Positions 14,186 through 29,089 of a stretch of DNA of 64,000 nt are shown here, piece by piece. The stretch's first letter is position 1, and every line of letters starts with the position of its first letter. A program made the translations under genes and the position numbers. Origin of the DNA: Octopus sinensis (Eukaryota); the NCBI RefSeq assembly GCF_006345805.1, contig NC_042998.1, positions 53,754,001-53,818,000 of the forward strand, given 5' to 3'. The notes beneath the pieces were generated by a model that was given only the letters and a program-made list of their open reading frames with translations, had not been told where the DNA came from and did no database searches.

Positions 14186-14419
14186 TATTTCTTTACTATC
14201 CACAAGAGGGTAAACACAGAGAGGACAAACAAGGACAGACAAACAGGTTAAGTCGATTACATCGACCCCAGTGCATAACTGGTACTTAATTTATCGACCC
14301 CCGAAAGGATGAAAGGCAAAGTCGACCTCGGCGGAATTTGAACCCAGAATGTAATGGCAGACGAAATACGGCTACGCATTTCGCCCGCCATGCTAACGTT
14401 TCTGCTAGCTCACCACCTA
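14186..14419 (-). mobile_element. SINE family C monomer with 15-bp TSD
   Basis: GTTCATTGAGATATA at 14171-14185 and 14420-14434. Central domain GCCTTTCATCCTTTCGGGGGTCGATAAATTAAGTACCAG on the minus strand. Confidence 0.85.
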
Positions 14420-14692
14420 GTTCATTGAGATATAGCCTAATCATGAGGTAGTGGGTTCAATTCCCTGACTGGGCTCTGTGTTGTATTCTTGAGCAAGACA
14501 CTTTATTTCATTTAGCTCCAGTTCACTCAGCTGTAGAAATGAGTTGCGACTTTACTGATGCCAAGCTGTATCAATGTTTGCCTTTCCCTTGGATAACAAG
14601 ATGGTGTAAAGAGAGGAGGCTGATATGCATGGGTGACTGCTGGTCTTCCATAGACTATTTTGCCCAGACTACACACACACACACACACACAC

Positions 14693-14880
14693 ATATTAAA
14701 AATGGGCAAGGCTGGTTTATGGGATTACCTTAGGTTTCCTGTCCATAAAGGGTTTAGCTATATGGCATATTGTCATGGCCAAAAGGTTTTTGGGATCTGA
14801 CAATACACCATAAAACCAAACCCTTTATGGATGGGAAACCTAAGGTAATGCCATAAACTGGCCTTCTCCATTTTTAATAT
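14693..14880. mobile_element. 188-bp palindromic MITE
   Basis: ATATTAAAAATGGGCAAGGCTGGTTTATGGGATTACCTTAGGTTTCC...ATAAAGGGTTT pairs with the right end. Inner stems TATGGCATATTGTCA/TGACAATACACCATA and CCAAAAggTTTTGG. Confidence 0.85.
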
Positions 14881-14999
14881 ACACTACTCTACATCTTAGA
14901 GTGTGCTTCTTCTTTCGGATTTATGTTTTTTACAAATGATATACATATATATATAAAATCTTCACAGCCTTGGATTTTTATCTTATTCTGAAAAGAAAT

Positions 15000-15031
<32 letters not shown>

Positions 15032-18000
15032 TGTATGTGCGTGTGTGTATTCACACATATAAGCACACATATGATTATTATATATACTTCAAATTATATT
15101 TATATGGCTAAAGAAAATAGTCAAATATTGGGGAATGTAAGCCTCAGTGGGAAAAAAAAGAAAAAATACATGGTGTGTGCTTATAAGTTTTAAGATTATA
15201 ATTATTATTTACAGAATTTTCATTCATCAATGTTTCTTTACCTAGTGCAGAATACACACATTTGTTTGCTTACACAACACCATGAAATTATAGTTATTAA
15301 ATCTAATGGGGTAAAAATTGGTAAGTTGGTGTAATCAGTCAGAACACTTACTGTAAATATAAAAGGCAAGAATTTGATTCCTATGTGCACTAATACCCAC
15401 TTTTCCCCATTGAGGGCTTACATGCCCTAATATATTAGACCGTTTACTTTAGCCAATGCACAGTGAACACTTATAAGCTTAAAGCTTATAATTACCATTA
15501 TTTACAGAATCTATACACACACACACATATATATATATTTGTGCACATGCATATACATTATGTATATATATATATATATATATATACATATATATATTTA
15601 CACACATAAGCACACATATGATTGTTATATATACTTCAAATTATATTTGTATTGGCCTTGATCCTCAAAATGTTCCTTGAATTTATCATAAGCTCTATAA
15701 AATTTACACAGTTCTATCTCTCGTTGTTTATGAAAACATTTTGGAATTTTGAAAAATTCCGTAATTTTATTAGACATCAAAGCCAGAGAAAATAAAAACA
15801 TTAACAAATCATTTAATGACATTCATTTTTACTTTCAATTAATAATTTCTCGTAAAGTTAGGAAATAGATTGTTTCATTGGTTTTTGTTTGAATTTTTAT
15901 CATTTTTGAAGCTTTTTGTTTTTCGTCGTCATAGACATTACCATTCTTAAATACTGCCTAATTAAATCAGCTTTAATATGTTTTGTAAGTTTCGTTTGCA
16001 TAAGTGAAATTTTTACTAAAAATAAATGAATCCACTACAAAATAAATGAAAAGACAATATACTTTACTTCATGGTTGCTTCAGCAAACAAACTAAACATT
16101 TTTATCTTTAGGTTTGTCCAACATAACATAAGACTAGATATATTTTTATAAAATTTTCCTAATGGATTAATTGTTCATTCACATTATTGTATTATCAAAA
16201 TGTATGTCTTTTTTTAACATTTATTAGATCCTCCTCCTCTCTCTCCTTCCCTCTTTTTATTCTCCCCTCTCTCTCTTTCTTGCTCTCTATCCTCCTCTGT
16301 CTCTCACTCCCTTTCTCTCATCGCCTCATAAGATAATATATCATTATGCAATTATGAAATGATACAAGGCCTGTTCCTCATGCTATAGTTTAGTACTGAA
16401 CTATATACAATAAGAATGAATCTTTATTCATGTATTAGGAAATTATCAAATATCATTTTCTTTTTCTTCTAATCTCTTAGCCCCTAGAGCTTTTCCATAT
16501 CATAAGCATAAAGAATGTGGGAAATAACGATATTATTACAATGTTTGAATATAGCTGACTGTCAAACAATGGATGTTAAGTTTTAGAATTAATTTGGCAT
16601 CGTATGAATGAGGAAAACAATGGCTGAAGTAGTGGAAGCTAGATTGGATAGTTCAGTGTTTCATGTCCAAACTCTGTTTTAAACTCTACAAATTATTTTC
16701 TGAAAATAATAGTCAAAGTAAAGTGGATATTCCCTGAATTTTTCAAAATAGCAACTCATGTCCTAGCATCAGAAAAAATGTTTTTCAATGTTTATATTTA
16801 GTTTGTTACATACTAAGCTCAAATCTTGCAGAGGTCAAATTTGAGTTTCCTTCTTCTAGGGGTTGATAAATAAAGTACCAGCTTAGTGTAGCTGATTAAT
16901 GGAACTGTTAGAATATTGAGCAGAATGCTTTGCTGCTTTTGTTTTGGTTTCTTGTGTTCTCAGCCTGTGCTTTCTCAAGGCATGGCACAGTAGACAGTTG
17001 CCTAAAGGCTTCATGGGTCTAAGATCCCAGTTCTGATATATATATATATATGTCATGGATTGCTGTCCACTACATATAGTTATGTTTGAGCTCAAAGTTT
17101 GCTATTTACTTGAGTAGTGGACTTAATTTATTTCTTGGTTTAACTCCATAGCCTGATCCTTGATGCACTGGTGCTGGTGCTGCATAATAGCACCCATGCC
17201 AGTGGCACATAAAAAGCACCCAGCATGCTCTGTAAAGTGGTTGGCATTAGAAAGGGCATCCAGCCATAGAAACCATGCTACAACTTACAACGGGAGTCTG
17301 GACAGCTTATGTCAAACTGTCCAACCCATACCAGCATGGAAAATGGACGTTAATTCAAACAGTATAACACATGTTTGGGCATTTCAACTAATGTGGATTG
17401 TCTGAAAGGATAACACTGTGTAACATGATTTTTGTTCTTGGGCAGCAACTGTTCCTTCCTATTTGCTTACCCCTAGAAAGTATGAAAAGTAGCTAATATT
17501 TTCTTCAAACTTTGCTTTTGTTACATTCCTTCAAATCCCAAAGAACCCCTTCCAACACATGGCTATGATGCCTTCCCCACTACTCCTTGCTCATGATCAG
17601 AGATGCACATATTGTCAGCCACTAAGGGACATGCTCAACTGGTTAAAGTCAAGCAAGAGACAAGCAAATCTGTGGTATTGAGCAGAATATTTGCTATAAG
17701 GATATTTCTGCTTCGGCAACTCAGAGCTGAATCTATCTGAAATGTAATGGAAAATAGGTCATTTTCAAAACATTGGTGGCTAAGTCACAAAAGCAAAATT
17801 TGGAAGGAATAGTAGTCATTTCAATATGATTTCTAATTAGAGGCAAATAACAAATAACACTTGGTGATCAAAGACAAGAAAAAAAGAGAAAAATATTATT
17901 AAACAGTGTAATGTAAAATCAATAGCATTGATGCCAACACAAACTTTGGTTTAGTGCTATGGAATCTGGAATGTTAAGCATGATATTTCAAGAGTTAAAG

Positions 18001-18079
18001 AATAACAGAATGTTCAGCAAAAGCCTTGTGTGTGCATTTGATAGACACATAAATATGCATGCACGCACACACACACACT

Positions 18080-18420
18080 GAGGGTAAAGACCCACTTCTG
18101 TCATAAATGACCATGGGATTGCTCCTGTAAAGATACCCTCCGAGGCACAAGTCCAGGCAAGGTTGTTTATGGAAGACCAGCAGTCACCCATGCATACCAG
18201 CCTCCTCTCTCCATGCTACCAATGTTATCCAAGGGAAAGGCAAAGGGCAATACAATTTGGCACCAGTGATGTTGCAACTCATTTCTACAGCTTAGTGAAC
18301 TGGAGCAACATGAAATAAAGTGTCTTGCTCAAGAACACAACACACAGCCCAGTCCAGAAATCAAACCTGCTACCTTGTGATTGTGAACCTGTCACTAACC
18401 GCTGAGCCATGTACCTTCAA
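18080..18420 (-). mobile_element. SINE family B
   Basis: Reverse complement of 1117-1452. Confidence 0.75.
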
Positions 18421-19154
18421 AGTTAAAATTCTAATCTAATATCACTGCTAACTAGTGCAAGAACCCTTTCTTGGACTGTCTTCATGGACATCTGTCTATT
18501 GCTAGCACATCTTGTCTACCCAAGCAACAAAGTCAGGTGATGGTTATGATCATTACACCATTTCATGATTCAATCCCTTCTCTCAGTCCCCATTCTGTTG
18601 TTTGTATCATTCAACTGTTGCCCTTAAATCATACTCCATGACTGCCCCTTCTGTGCGAATTTTACAATTAAGAATATTAACACATATCTAATAGAAGTGA
18701 GACTCTTCCATCAAATTTGTGCTAATTTACTTTTTTTAAATATCATTCAATATAATATTTTTTAATTAAAAAATTTTTCTTAACTAATGTAACAATAAAA
18801 GTATTTCATGAAATTTTTCTAAAATTTTTGAGAAATACTAATGAAAAAGGCTGGCAGAATTTCTTCATATAACCAAGTTTTATTTAAATTAAATAAACAG
18901 TCAAATATACTTGATCTTATTTTCCTTAAGATAAGAATGGTGATCGTAAGGAAACATAGGGAATTTTCTCGCAAATGATCTGCTTAAAATTTAATTATTG
19001 TGTTTTCATTAAATGAATAATTTGAGTATATAATATCAATTGAAGTCATTGTGACATTACCAGAACAGATTCCATTGCTTCTGAGTGTATCTTAACTACT
19101 GTTTGGCTTCAATATAACAGACAAAAATATTTTTCTTGTGAAAGCAAAATATAG

Positions 19155-19735
19155 GCACTAATGTGACTGTGTGGTAAGAAGGCGGAGAGCTGGCAGAGAC
19201 GTTAGCATGCCGGGTGAAATGCTTAGCGGTATTTCGTCAGCCTTTATGTTCTGAGTTCAAATTCCGCCAAGGTCAACTTTGCCTTTCATCCTTTCAGGGT
19301 CGATAAATTAAGTATCAGTTACGCACTGGGGTCAATGTAATCGACTTAATCCCTTTATCTGTCCTTGTTTGTCCTCTCTATGTTTAGCCTCTTGTGGGCA
19401 ATAAAGAAATAAGAAGGTTCGGGTTCAATCCCACTGCATGGCATCTTGGGCAAGATTCTTCTACTATAGCTTTTGGCTGACCAAAACTTTGTGAGTGAAT
19501 TTGGTAGATGGAAACTGAAAGCTTGCCATATGTGTGTGCCTTTGTGTCTGTGTTTGTCCTCCCCACCACTTGACAACCTGTGTTGGTCCCTGTAACTTAG
19601 TGGTTAAGCAAAAGAGACCAATAGAATAAGTACCAGATTTAAATAAATGCTGGGTTAATTCATTCAACTAAAATTCAAGGTGGTGCCCCAGTATGGCCAC
19701 AGTCTAATAACTGAATCAAGAAAAAGATAAACGAT
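19155..19735 (+). mobile_element. SINE family A interrupted by SINE family C (~19180-19415)
   Basis: Family A head GTGTGGTAAGAAG is interrupted and resumes after the family C tail; TAAGAAG is repeated on both sides. Confidence 0.7.
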
Positions 19736-20423
19736 GCATATAAGCATACTTGCATGCATACATACATACCAATATACATACATACATACATACATACATA
19801 CATACATACATACATACATACATACATGCATGTATGCATACCTGCATGCATGCATACATAACTTATATTTTCAAGTAATCTCAGTTGAAATGATTCCTTT
19901 CCATTTTTAGAAAATAACTCTAGGTACATTTCTGAATTAAAAAAAAAAATTTTATAAATTTCTAAGTTAAACTTTCTGGAACATACAGTAGATGTAGCTT
20001 TTCACAGTAAAATTCATGAATAAATGGCATCTCTTCAAAAGCTAACCAAGAATTTTATTTCACTGAACCTCCTCATCAAAACTAGGTTATTTTACTTGTA
20101 GATATGAATTATCATTATTTTTTTCTATACTTTTTGGTGAAGTAGGGAAATGTTTTGAAGTGTACCAACCATTCTTAGATCCAACTCCAAAGTAAATTCT
20201 TCAGATATGATTTTCTTTCATAAACCTTTGTGCATTCTTTTATGGTTGTTTTTCTTTTAACCTATTAAAAACCTTTAGTGTGAGTTCTTGAGATCTAGAC
20301 CTACAACATAAAATCCTTTTAAATTCTAATTTTTTCAATATTGACTTGCATTTGCATAAAATATCTATTTATAAATGTATGTATATAAGCATGTATCTGC
20401 CTACTTATCCATTTATATCTGTC

Positions 20424-20505
<82 letters not shown>

Positions 20506-20538
20506 CATCAGTAAAACAAATCCAAAAATGCTATACTG

Positions 20539-20586
<48 letters not shown>

Positions 20587-21689
20587 ATATCCATCTATCT
20601 AGCTAGATATCTGCATCGAACTATCTATCTACCAATCTCTCTGTGAATTTACTTTGCTCTGTCTCTCTATTCAGTCTTTTTAGCTCTCTATGTATCTACC
20701 CTCTCCCTCTCTCCTCTCCATATTAACGAAACCTTTCATGGATTGCAATGCATAAAGTATTATAATCAAGTCCAGGATAAAACACTTGAAAAAACCTGAA
20801 AGACATTTAAGACACTTGACTGATATTCATTCAAATTTATAATGTTAAATGCTATTTCTAAAATATATGAATATACATGAAATATTGTATTTTATATGTG
20901 AATCATCAACATCATCATCGTTTAATGTTTGCTTTCCACACTGGCATGGGTTGAATATGTATAGTATTTCAATTCAAAGTCAGCTTCAGAATAAAAAAAG
21001 TCTTATTTGACAAGCTCTTAGTAAATGAATAAATCCAAAAACAAGATGGCGTGTTGTTTAAATTATAAACTGCACGAAATATATTTCTTATAAAGTTATC
21101 TTGGTTATATCCACCATGTCCCAGCATTTTTTACTCCAAAATTATGACAAATCTTTAAATCATTTATGAGCAAGGAGACCTCTATGGCTGTGTGGATATA
21201 TTACTAAACAACCCTTTGATTAAGGAAATTAACAATCTTTTTTTAATTTTGGCACAAGGTCAGCAAGTTTAAGGGGAGGGGCAAGTCTATTACATTGGCC
21301 CCATTGACTAGCACTTATTTTATCAACCCATGGCAGAATTTGAACTCGGTACATATAGTCAGACAAAATGTTTCATGGCATTCTGTCTGGCATGCTAACG
21401 ATTCAGCCAGCTTTCTGCCTGAATAATGATTAGTATTTCAAATTTTTTCTGCAAGGGCAGCGTGGGGGGAGGTGGGGATGAGTCAATTGCATCAACCCCA
21501 GTTTTCAGCAGGTACTTATTTTATCAACTCTGAAAGAATGAAAGGAAAAGTTGACCTTGGCAAAATTTGAACTCAAAATGTAAAGAGAGATGAAATACTG
21601 CTAAGTATTTTGCCCAGCATGCTGACAATTCTGCAAGCTTGTCACTCCTCAAGCCAGTCCAAATAATAATACTAATAATGATAATAATA

Positions 21690-22221
21690 CATAGTGGCTC
21701 TCATGGCTTTTGATCTTAATTGATTGGAAGTGTTATCATTATCATGTACATGTTTTGTCTTGGTGTAAAAGACAGGCTACAGCAAACATTCTGCTCAGTA
21801 CCACAGGTTTGCTTGACTTTAACCAGTTGAGCATGTCCCTTAGTGGCTGACAATATGTGCATCTCTAATCATAAGCCAAAGCAGTGGAGGAGCATCATAG
21901 CTATGTGCTGAGAGGAATTCTTTGAGGTTTGAATAATTCACCTCTGTAAACATGGTTGTTTCAGTCAACATCCTTAAACAGGCATTATTCAGGGACCTTT
22001 TGAGTGAGATGGACTACTTGACCTGAAGAAAATTCTAACTGGGACTCACCTGCAAAGTCATGCACTGTGTGTTTTGGCATGAGATCACTATGTTGCACAC
22101 ATATGGTTGTGATGCCTGTGCCTGGTGTACTCTTATAAGATGGGTAGTCATGATGGGTATATTGGGCTTTGTATATTTGTATCCCAGTGTCACTTTGATG
22201 GCATGCATTGCTCTCTGACTC
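21690..22221 (+). mobile_element. ~555-bp (AAT)n-embedded repeat element
   Basis: Collinear with 48315-48869 and with the reverse complement of 63327-63881; AAT tracts on both sides. Confidence 0.8.
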
Positions 22222-23105
22222 AATAATAATGATAATTTCTTTTACATTTAGTTTTTTTATATTTTAATAATAATCCTTTCTACTATAGGCACAAGGCCTG
22301 AAATTTGGGGAGAGCGGTGAGTCAATTACATCAATCCCAGTACTCAACTGGTACTCAATTTATTGACCCTGAAAGAATGAAAGGCAAAGTCAACCTCAGA
22401 GGGACTTGAACTCAGAACATAGCGATGAGCAAAATATTGCAAAGCATTTTGTCCAGCATGCTAACAATTCTACCAGCTCACTGCCTTAATAATAATAATA
22501 ATAATAATAATATAATAATAATAATAATAATAATAATAAACTCACTATGCAATAAAGTCTTGTATCAAAATTGTCAAAAACCACTACAGAAACATGATAT
22601 GCTCCAGACTGCTTATGGATTAATTAATATGAGCCAAGCATCAGTTTTTCCCTGACACAAGAGATCAGGCAAAGCAAATCCATTGGGAAACTCATGGTGA
22701 TCCTTTTTTTTTATAGCAATGGCATCACCTACATCTACTGAGTTCCCTCTGGTTAGACAGTCAAGAAAGAGTACTTTGTGAAGGTCTTGAAGGAGTTCAG
22801 AAAGAGATTTCATAGAAAAATGCCAGAGCACCTTCCCCAAGACAATTACTTTACTTGAAGTCTACAAAACATCTTTACTGACACAACACAGAACACCTGT
22901 AATCTTTAATAACATTTTGATAAGCTTAGACAAACCAAATAAAAGGCCCTGTAATACAAATAAAATCATGCATTGAGCCAATAGATACGGAAAAATTCCT
23001 CTTGAAACTAATAAGATATGACAACATACAGAAGAGTTTGTCTAATTTTTCTTTAGTTTCTGGATTTATTGAGAATAAAAATAGTTTACAGTTAACAACT
23101 TTATA

Positions 23106-23671
23106 TCGGGTTGTCCAGAAAGTTCATGCCAATTTATAGCAGCTTACCTTTCAACTTATTTTAGAATATGGCTGAGTTCATAAAATAGGATTTGACTACA
23201 CCCCCATTTAGAGCACAGTTTAATCTATCTTTTCATGGAAGATGGTTTCTGTTCCTATAACCTGTGTTAATTCTGTAACCCTTTAAAATGGAAGATAAGA
23301 AAGCCCATTTTTGGCACTTGATGCTTTGGGAACCAGACAAAAATTGCTGCAGTTCGGCTGGGATGTGTTACTCCACCCTCCATATTCACCAGATATTGCT
23401 CCTTCGTATTTCCACTTATTCAGCTCTCTGCAGAATAGTCTTAATGGTAAAAATTTCAATTACTTGGATGAAGTAAAAAGATTCCTTGATGAATTCTTTG
23501 CCATGAAATCACCTCAATCATGGGAAGAGAGTATTTTCAAGTTAAAGGAAAGATGGAGACGCATTGTGCAACAAAATGGTTCATATTTGGTTGAATAAAA
23601 ATGTAATGGCAAGTATTTATTGACCTTTTACTTTCCTTTAAAAATTGGCAAGAACTTTCCGGACAACCCAA
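23106..23671 (+). mobile_element. Internally deleted mariner (566 bp) with TA TSD
   Basis: TIRs TCGGGTTGTCCAGAAAGTTC / GAACTTTCCGGACAACCCAA. MEDKKAHFWHLML is fused directly to the C-terminus (WDVLLHPPYSPDIAPSYFHLF...WRRIVQQNGSYLVE*). Confidence 0.9.
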
Positions 23672-25534
23672 TATATCTAGTCATATGTGCTTTATGTACA
23701 ATGATCAGTGAATCTATAAATATAAGTACATTCTGAATCTCTAAAATTCCTCTTTAGTCATTTTAGTGCATGTACTGGATTAAGTGGTTTCCATTACAGA
23801 ATTTTCTACAATGGTAAATAACCATTTTTTTTCACTTTTTTCCTATTAAGAACAAATATCTTCACAAATTCCTTTGGGTTGAATTTTGATAGAAGGTATC
23901 ACACAAACACAATAAAAAGAAAAGCTGAAAATTAATCAGTTTGAAGTCACTTTCTGTTATTGACACCAGAATTGTATTTACAGCCATTAGCAACTGCTGA
24001 AAATGTGCAGAATCTATCTTCCATTTAGATTTCTTAAATTCTCTGTAGGATTCGATACAAAGCCAACCATTTAAACTAAGCTGTTTTGCTATTTCCTGCA
24101 TATCATTATTCCCAAAGGTAAAAAGTGAATCTTCTGAAATATTTCACTAAGTTAATTAAAAGTCTTCCATTTATTTTTGGAAGTTGTCGTTAATTCAAGT
24201 AGCCTGAATTTTATATTATTGGTCAAACTCATAAAAAACTGCAGTTGGTGCATATTAGGTGCTTTGCTATCCTTCAAATTTATTTCCTTATAATCTGGCT
24301 TCATTTAGTACTTGAGTATGATATTTTTCTGGCTTCACTATTTGACATTCAAGAAATCTAATACTTCAAAATCATGACATGTCTGTGCATATCCTACTCT
24401 GATAGTTTGTTTAATTTTTCATGTGGTTTACCCAGTGTACAATTTCTGTTCTGTACTTCACTTCAAGAGAATTCAGAGGTAATTCAGAACTATACCAAAC
24501 TATTTATCAATAACCTCAAATTCTTTATAAAAGTTGATGATTTTAATATTTTGCTTTTGGCCCCTCATATTTGCTCTTTCTATACTGCTGTAGTGACACC
24601 ATCTTGGAAATCTCCAGCATGCATGCACAGGGTTGGAATCTTCCGGGAGGCCTGCCAGAAGTTCCCTCATGCATGTGCGCAGAAAACTAGCAGCAGCAAA
24701 ATTCTCTGGTATTGCTCTCTTGGACGCCAGCAGCTGAACAAGACAGACGTGTCTGCATCAGCTCTCTCAAGCTGCTACCTCGTGGCACCTCTCCGCTATG
24801 CTTGAACAGGCAGGATTAACTCACTCCACTTGTCTACTGCCGATTCGCCCAGAAGAAGGAAATGGTTATATTGCGAATCAAGAAATAAATATTTATACTG
24901 TTGAAGTTAATCAGAAGTCTTGAGTCTTTCTTCGATTAATATTTAATGTAAAGGATGCAAGCTGCACCCATCCAGTGCGGGAATCTCTCATCCTGTTACA
25001 CTACATCTTGAAACATCACAGCTCGATTCTTACAAAATATTCCTACATTGCTTTTATAAATTGTCATATTCCCTCCTTTACAGTTTGGTTAGTTGAAGTA
25101 ATCCAACTTACACTGAAAACATAACCAATTTTGAGCAGAGGTTGTATGTTTATATGATTCTCTTTAGCTGTTCATTCTAAACAATAACATAACCCTAAAT
25201 TTAATCAATAAAAATTTTTCCAAAACACCTTTCCATAAAAGCCTAATTACCACCCCACTCAAAACCACACACCTAAAGATGATTTTTAACTGAATAAAGA
25301 CTATATAAAAGCAAAATAACTCCAATGTATAATCAACTGAGGACCATAAACGATTCCCTTAGCAACTTAAAAAAGGTCTGAAATTGAGAGGATTATTAAC
25401 TCAAAAGAGACTATATAAAGGCAAAACTAACTTAATGCATTGCAGTCTGACAATGGCTTAGCTGACCAAAACTTCAAAGTCACTACCAACAACATTCTTG
25501 AATAAGAATATAATATATATATATATGTATGTAT

Positions 25535-25960
25535 GTCATTATTCAGTTTATTTCAAGTTTTTTTGCTAATAGAGAAAGAGCTAGTTTCTAACCTAGATCC
25601 AAGGTTCCTTCATTGAAATTTCAACATCGATATGTATGTATTCTCATGCATATAGTTACATATCTACACATGCTCATACATACTTAAATGATAAACTTCT
25701 GGAAAAAGTTTTACAGATTTTTACGGTTCCAGTGATGGATTGGATCTGTAGTCTACGAATTAGCTTTTTCCTTTCTGGTTTTGAGAAGCCTAATTTCTCA
25801 AGATTGGTATTTAGGCAGTGTGTTACATATCTCAGAGCCTCAATAATTACTGCTATAAACCTGAACTTGTAATCTGGATAAAGTAACTGCAGACTTCTCA
25901 ATAGTTCGGCATAGGTGTTCTTTTTCACTCATCTCCAGCTTTATGCTAACATCCGCTGGA
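25535..25960 (-). pseudogene. RLE-LINE family 1 3' fragment with tail
   Basis: [47 protein letters not shown], near-identical to 12943-13140; tail ends in (CATA)n on the minus strand. Confidence 0.85.
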
Positions 25961-26013
25961 CAGCTAATTACCACAACTATGCACAGTTTCTCTTCTCTAT
26001 CCCCATGTTTGTA

Positions 26014-26120
<107 letters not shown>

Positions 26121-26123
26121 ATG

Positions 26124-26203
<80 letters not shown>

Positions 26204-26557
26204 ACAGGCTTCATTCAATTTCCATTTACCAAATGCACTCACAAGGCTTTGGTCAACTCAGGGCTATGGCAGAAGACACTTACCTAAGGTACTTTACAGT
26301 GGACCTGCATCAAAAACCATATGGTTGGGAATAAAAAGCTTCTAAACGACACAGCCATGCCTGCACCTATTATTGGTAAAGATTTAGTCATGAGCATGCA
26401 ACAGCCTTCAGCTCAGAGATGCAATTTTTTTTCTGTCTGGACCTTTCCCTCACTACTACAGCAGCCCCTAATACCCTGAAGTAGTTATAAATATCACATA
26501 AATCCAAGCCCAGCTCATGCATTCATCATTTCCCTCTCGTCATCTTTACTCCATCTT

Positions 26558-26962
26558 ATTTCTTTATTGCCCATAAGGTGCTAAACATAGAGGGGACAAA
26601 CAAGGACAGACAAACGGATTAAGTCGATTACATCGACCCTAGTGCGTAGCTGGTACTTAATTTATCGACCCCGAAAGGATAAAAGGCAAAGTCGACCTCG
26701 GCGGAATTTGAACTCAGAACGTAACGGCAGATGAAATACCTATTTCTTTACTACCCACAAGGGGCTAAACACAGAGGGGACAAACAAGGACAGACAAACG
26801 GATTAAGTCGATTACATCGACCCCAGTGCGTAACTGGTACTTATTTAATCAACCTCGAAAGGATGAATGGCAAAGTCAACCTTGGCAGAATTTGAACTCA
26901 GAACGTAATGGTAGACGAAATACGGCTACGTATTTTGCCTGGCATGCTAACGTTTCTACCAG
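26558..26962 (-). mobile_element. Dimeric SINE family C
   Basis: Two head-to-tail copies with junction GAAATACCTATTTCTTTACTACCCACAAGGGG; flanking direct repeat CTCCATCTT (26549-26557, 26963-26971). Confidence 0.8.
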
Positions 26963-29089
26963 CTCCATCTTGTCTCTCTTCCCAGTTTTCAAACACAGTA
27001 CCTCATGACATCTTTTCTTCCCTTGTACAACATTCCTCTGAAATTTTCCCTTGTCTGCAATGATTTTTGAAACCTTAAACAGTAAATATTTAAACTGAAT
27101 AACAGCTGCAGTGATGTGAACAGTCTCAGAGGACTTATTAAATACATGGGGTTATTTCCCTTTCTCATTTAACAAAAACTAATACAAACATTTACTGACA
27201 AACTTTCTTGCCTGGTAAACCACACAAAATCTATATAATGTAGAGAAATTGCTTCTGTGGATAAATGACTTGAAAAACTTTTCAATAAATGAAGTAGCTA
27301 ATGATAGGCGCAATTACCAGTATATTTTGTTTCTCTTTTTCTAATTTTGTTCTAACAAATATTAAATCTTTGAACTATCCCACCTCTTTTCATAGACAGG
27401 TAAATATGAAGTGTAATTATATTTTATAATTAAGTATTCACCACCTAACACCTATGGTTGACTTAGGAGAAATGTCGTTTGAGTCAATATGAATCTCATT
27501 ATAAAACTATAATTACATTTTACTGATCTTTATTATAAAAGAAAATTGGGGAATGAATGCCCACGGAAGGGTTCATTTGAGAATAACCTTATTCTTATTG
27601 CTGAGTTAATCTTAAGAATTGCAAGTTAAGTAGAAGAGAGAATATAAATCAGAGAACCTTGGAAGGTGAACCTGGTAATCCTGAATTATTAATTAGCCTT
27701 AAAAGATTCGAAACCTGACAACACTAGGAATATAGCAGCCTAGCAGCAATTTAATATTACGTGAGTACTGTAATTACAAGCAATTTATGCAAAAGAGTAA
27801 AGTGTATCATGTAGTAGTAACATGCTGCAGTATGATCAGCTAAGGGCCATAAATGATTCATAGGATGTTACTTAGCAACTTGAAAAAAAGGGCTGAAGTT
27901 GAGTTAATAGTAACGTATTGTCTTGGTTACAAGGTAAAGGCTGAAAAAAAATAAGAAAACTGTTATTTCTGCTGGTAACAAAAGAACCCTACTTCGTCCC
28001 TTCTCTTCCCCTCTCTCCCCTTTTCTCTCCCACAAAAGGTCATTTATATTATGAATGTGCTGAAGCTGCAAAGATAACAACACTTCATATTAATGGCCTG
28101 ATGATGGGACTGTGTTTAGGATATTCAAAATCAATAGTGCAAGTCAATTTGATTTTATTCTGAGAATGTGGATTTATGATTATCTATGATGAAGTGAAGG
28201 AAGTTTGGACAGGTTTGACATTTAATTTGAGATAAACATCAGATATTTTGGCAAATGGAAAAAAAGAAGAAAAGGCTAGTAAAAAAAATTGGTATAAAAT
28301 CAAGAAAAATTATATTGGGGAGATTTTAGGGATTAAACAAATAATGGAAATATTCACAAAAGACAAGAAAATAGTGAGCAAATAGGATGACAATAATAAT
28401 GAAAAGAGCATTAGAAAGTGCGAAGTCAGGGGGGAAAAATGAAATAAATAAAAATTAAATTTAAAAAGTTAAGAAATTAAGAGTAAAAAGGAAAGAGAAA
28501 ATAGATATAAGGAGGGAGGTGCAAACTAAAAGAAAAGAAAAAGATATGAAGAATGTTTTAAATGGAATAATATAGTTGAAAATAGAAGTGAGTTTGGAAA
28601 TCATTTCTATTGCTAAGATGGAAAGATAAATGTATAATTAAAGAAATTATGTTGATGACTACAGCAGTGTGACCTTGGGTGAGATGTGAGGATTAAGGAA
28701 GATATCAGAGGAGGAAAATTAACACCAGCTTATTTTTAAGACACTACAAGGATTCTAGAATGAAAAATCTGTGACTAAATTTAAAACTGAGATTTAGAAT
28801 ATCTTTTCTTTTTTTATTTTTTGAAAATCTTTTATCCTTTACTTGTTTCAGTTCATGCTGGGGCATTGCCTCAAAGAATTTTTAGTTGAATGAATCGATC
28901 AGAGTACTTATCTTTTGTCAAGCCTAGTATCAGTCTCTTTTGCCAAATCACTAAGTCACAGAAATGTAAACATATCAACATTGGTTATCAAGCAGTGGTA
29001 GGGGACAAACACAGACACAAAGACATATATATGTGTGTGTGTATACATATGCACACACACACACACACACACACAAAATTACATATAAT

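Noticed and set aside
15625-15822. Minus-strand ORF with protein-like composition (KQREIELCKFYRAYDKFKEHF)
   Set aside because: Short, no recognisable family, no clear splice context, and its end overlaps a local duplication of ~15060-15110.
24374-24805. 143-aa ORF
   Set aside because: No recognisable domain, motif or codon signal; length is within chance expectation.
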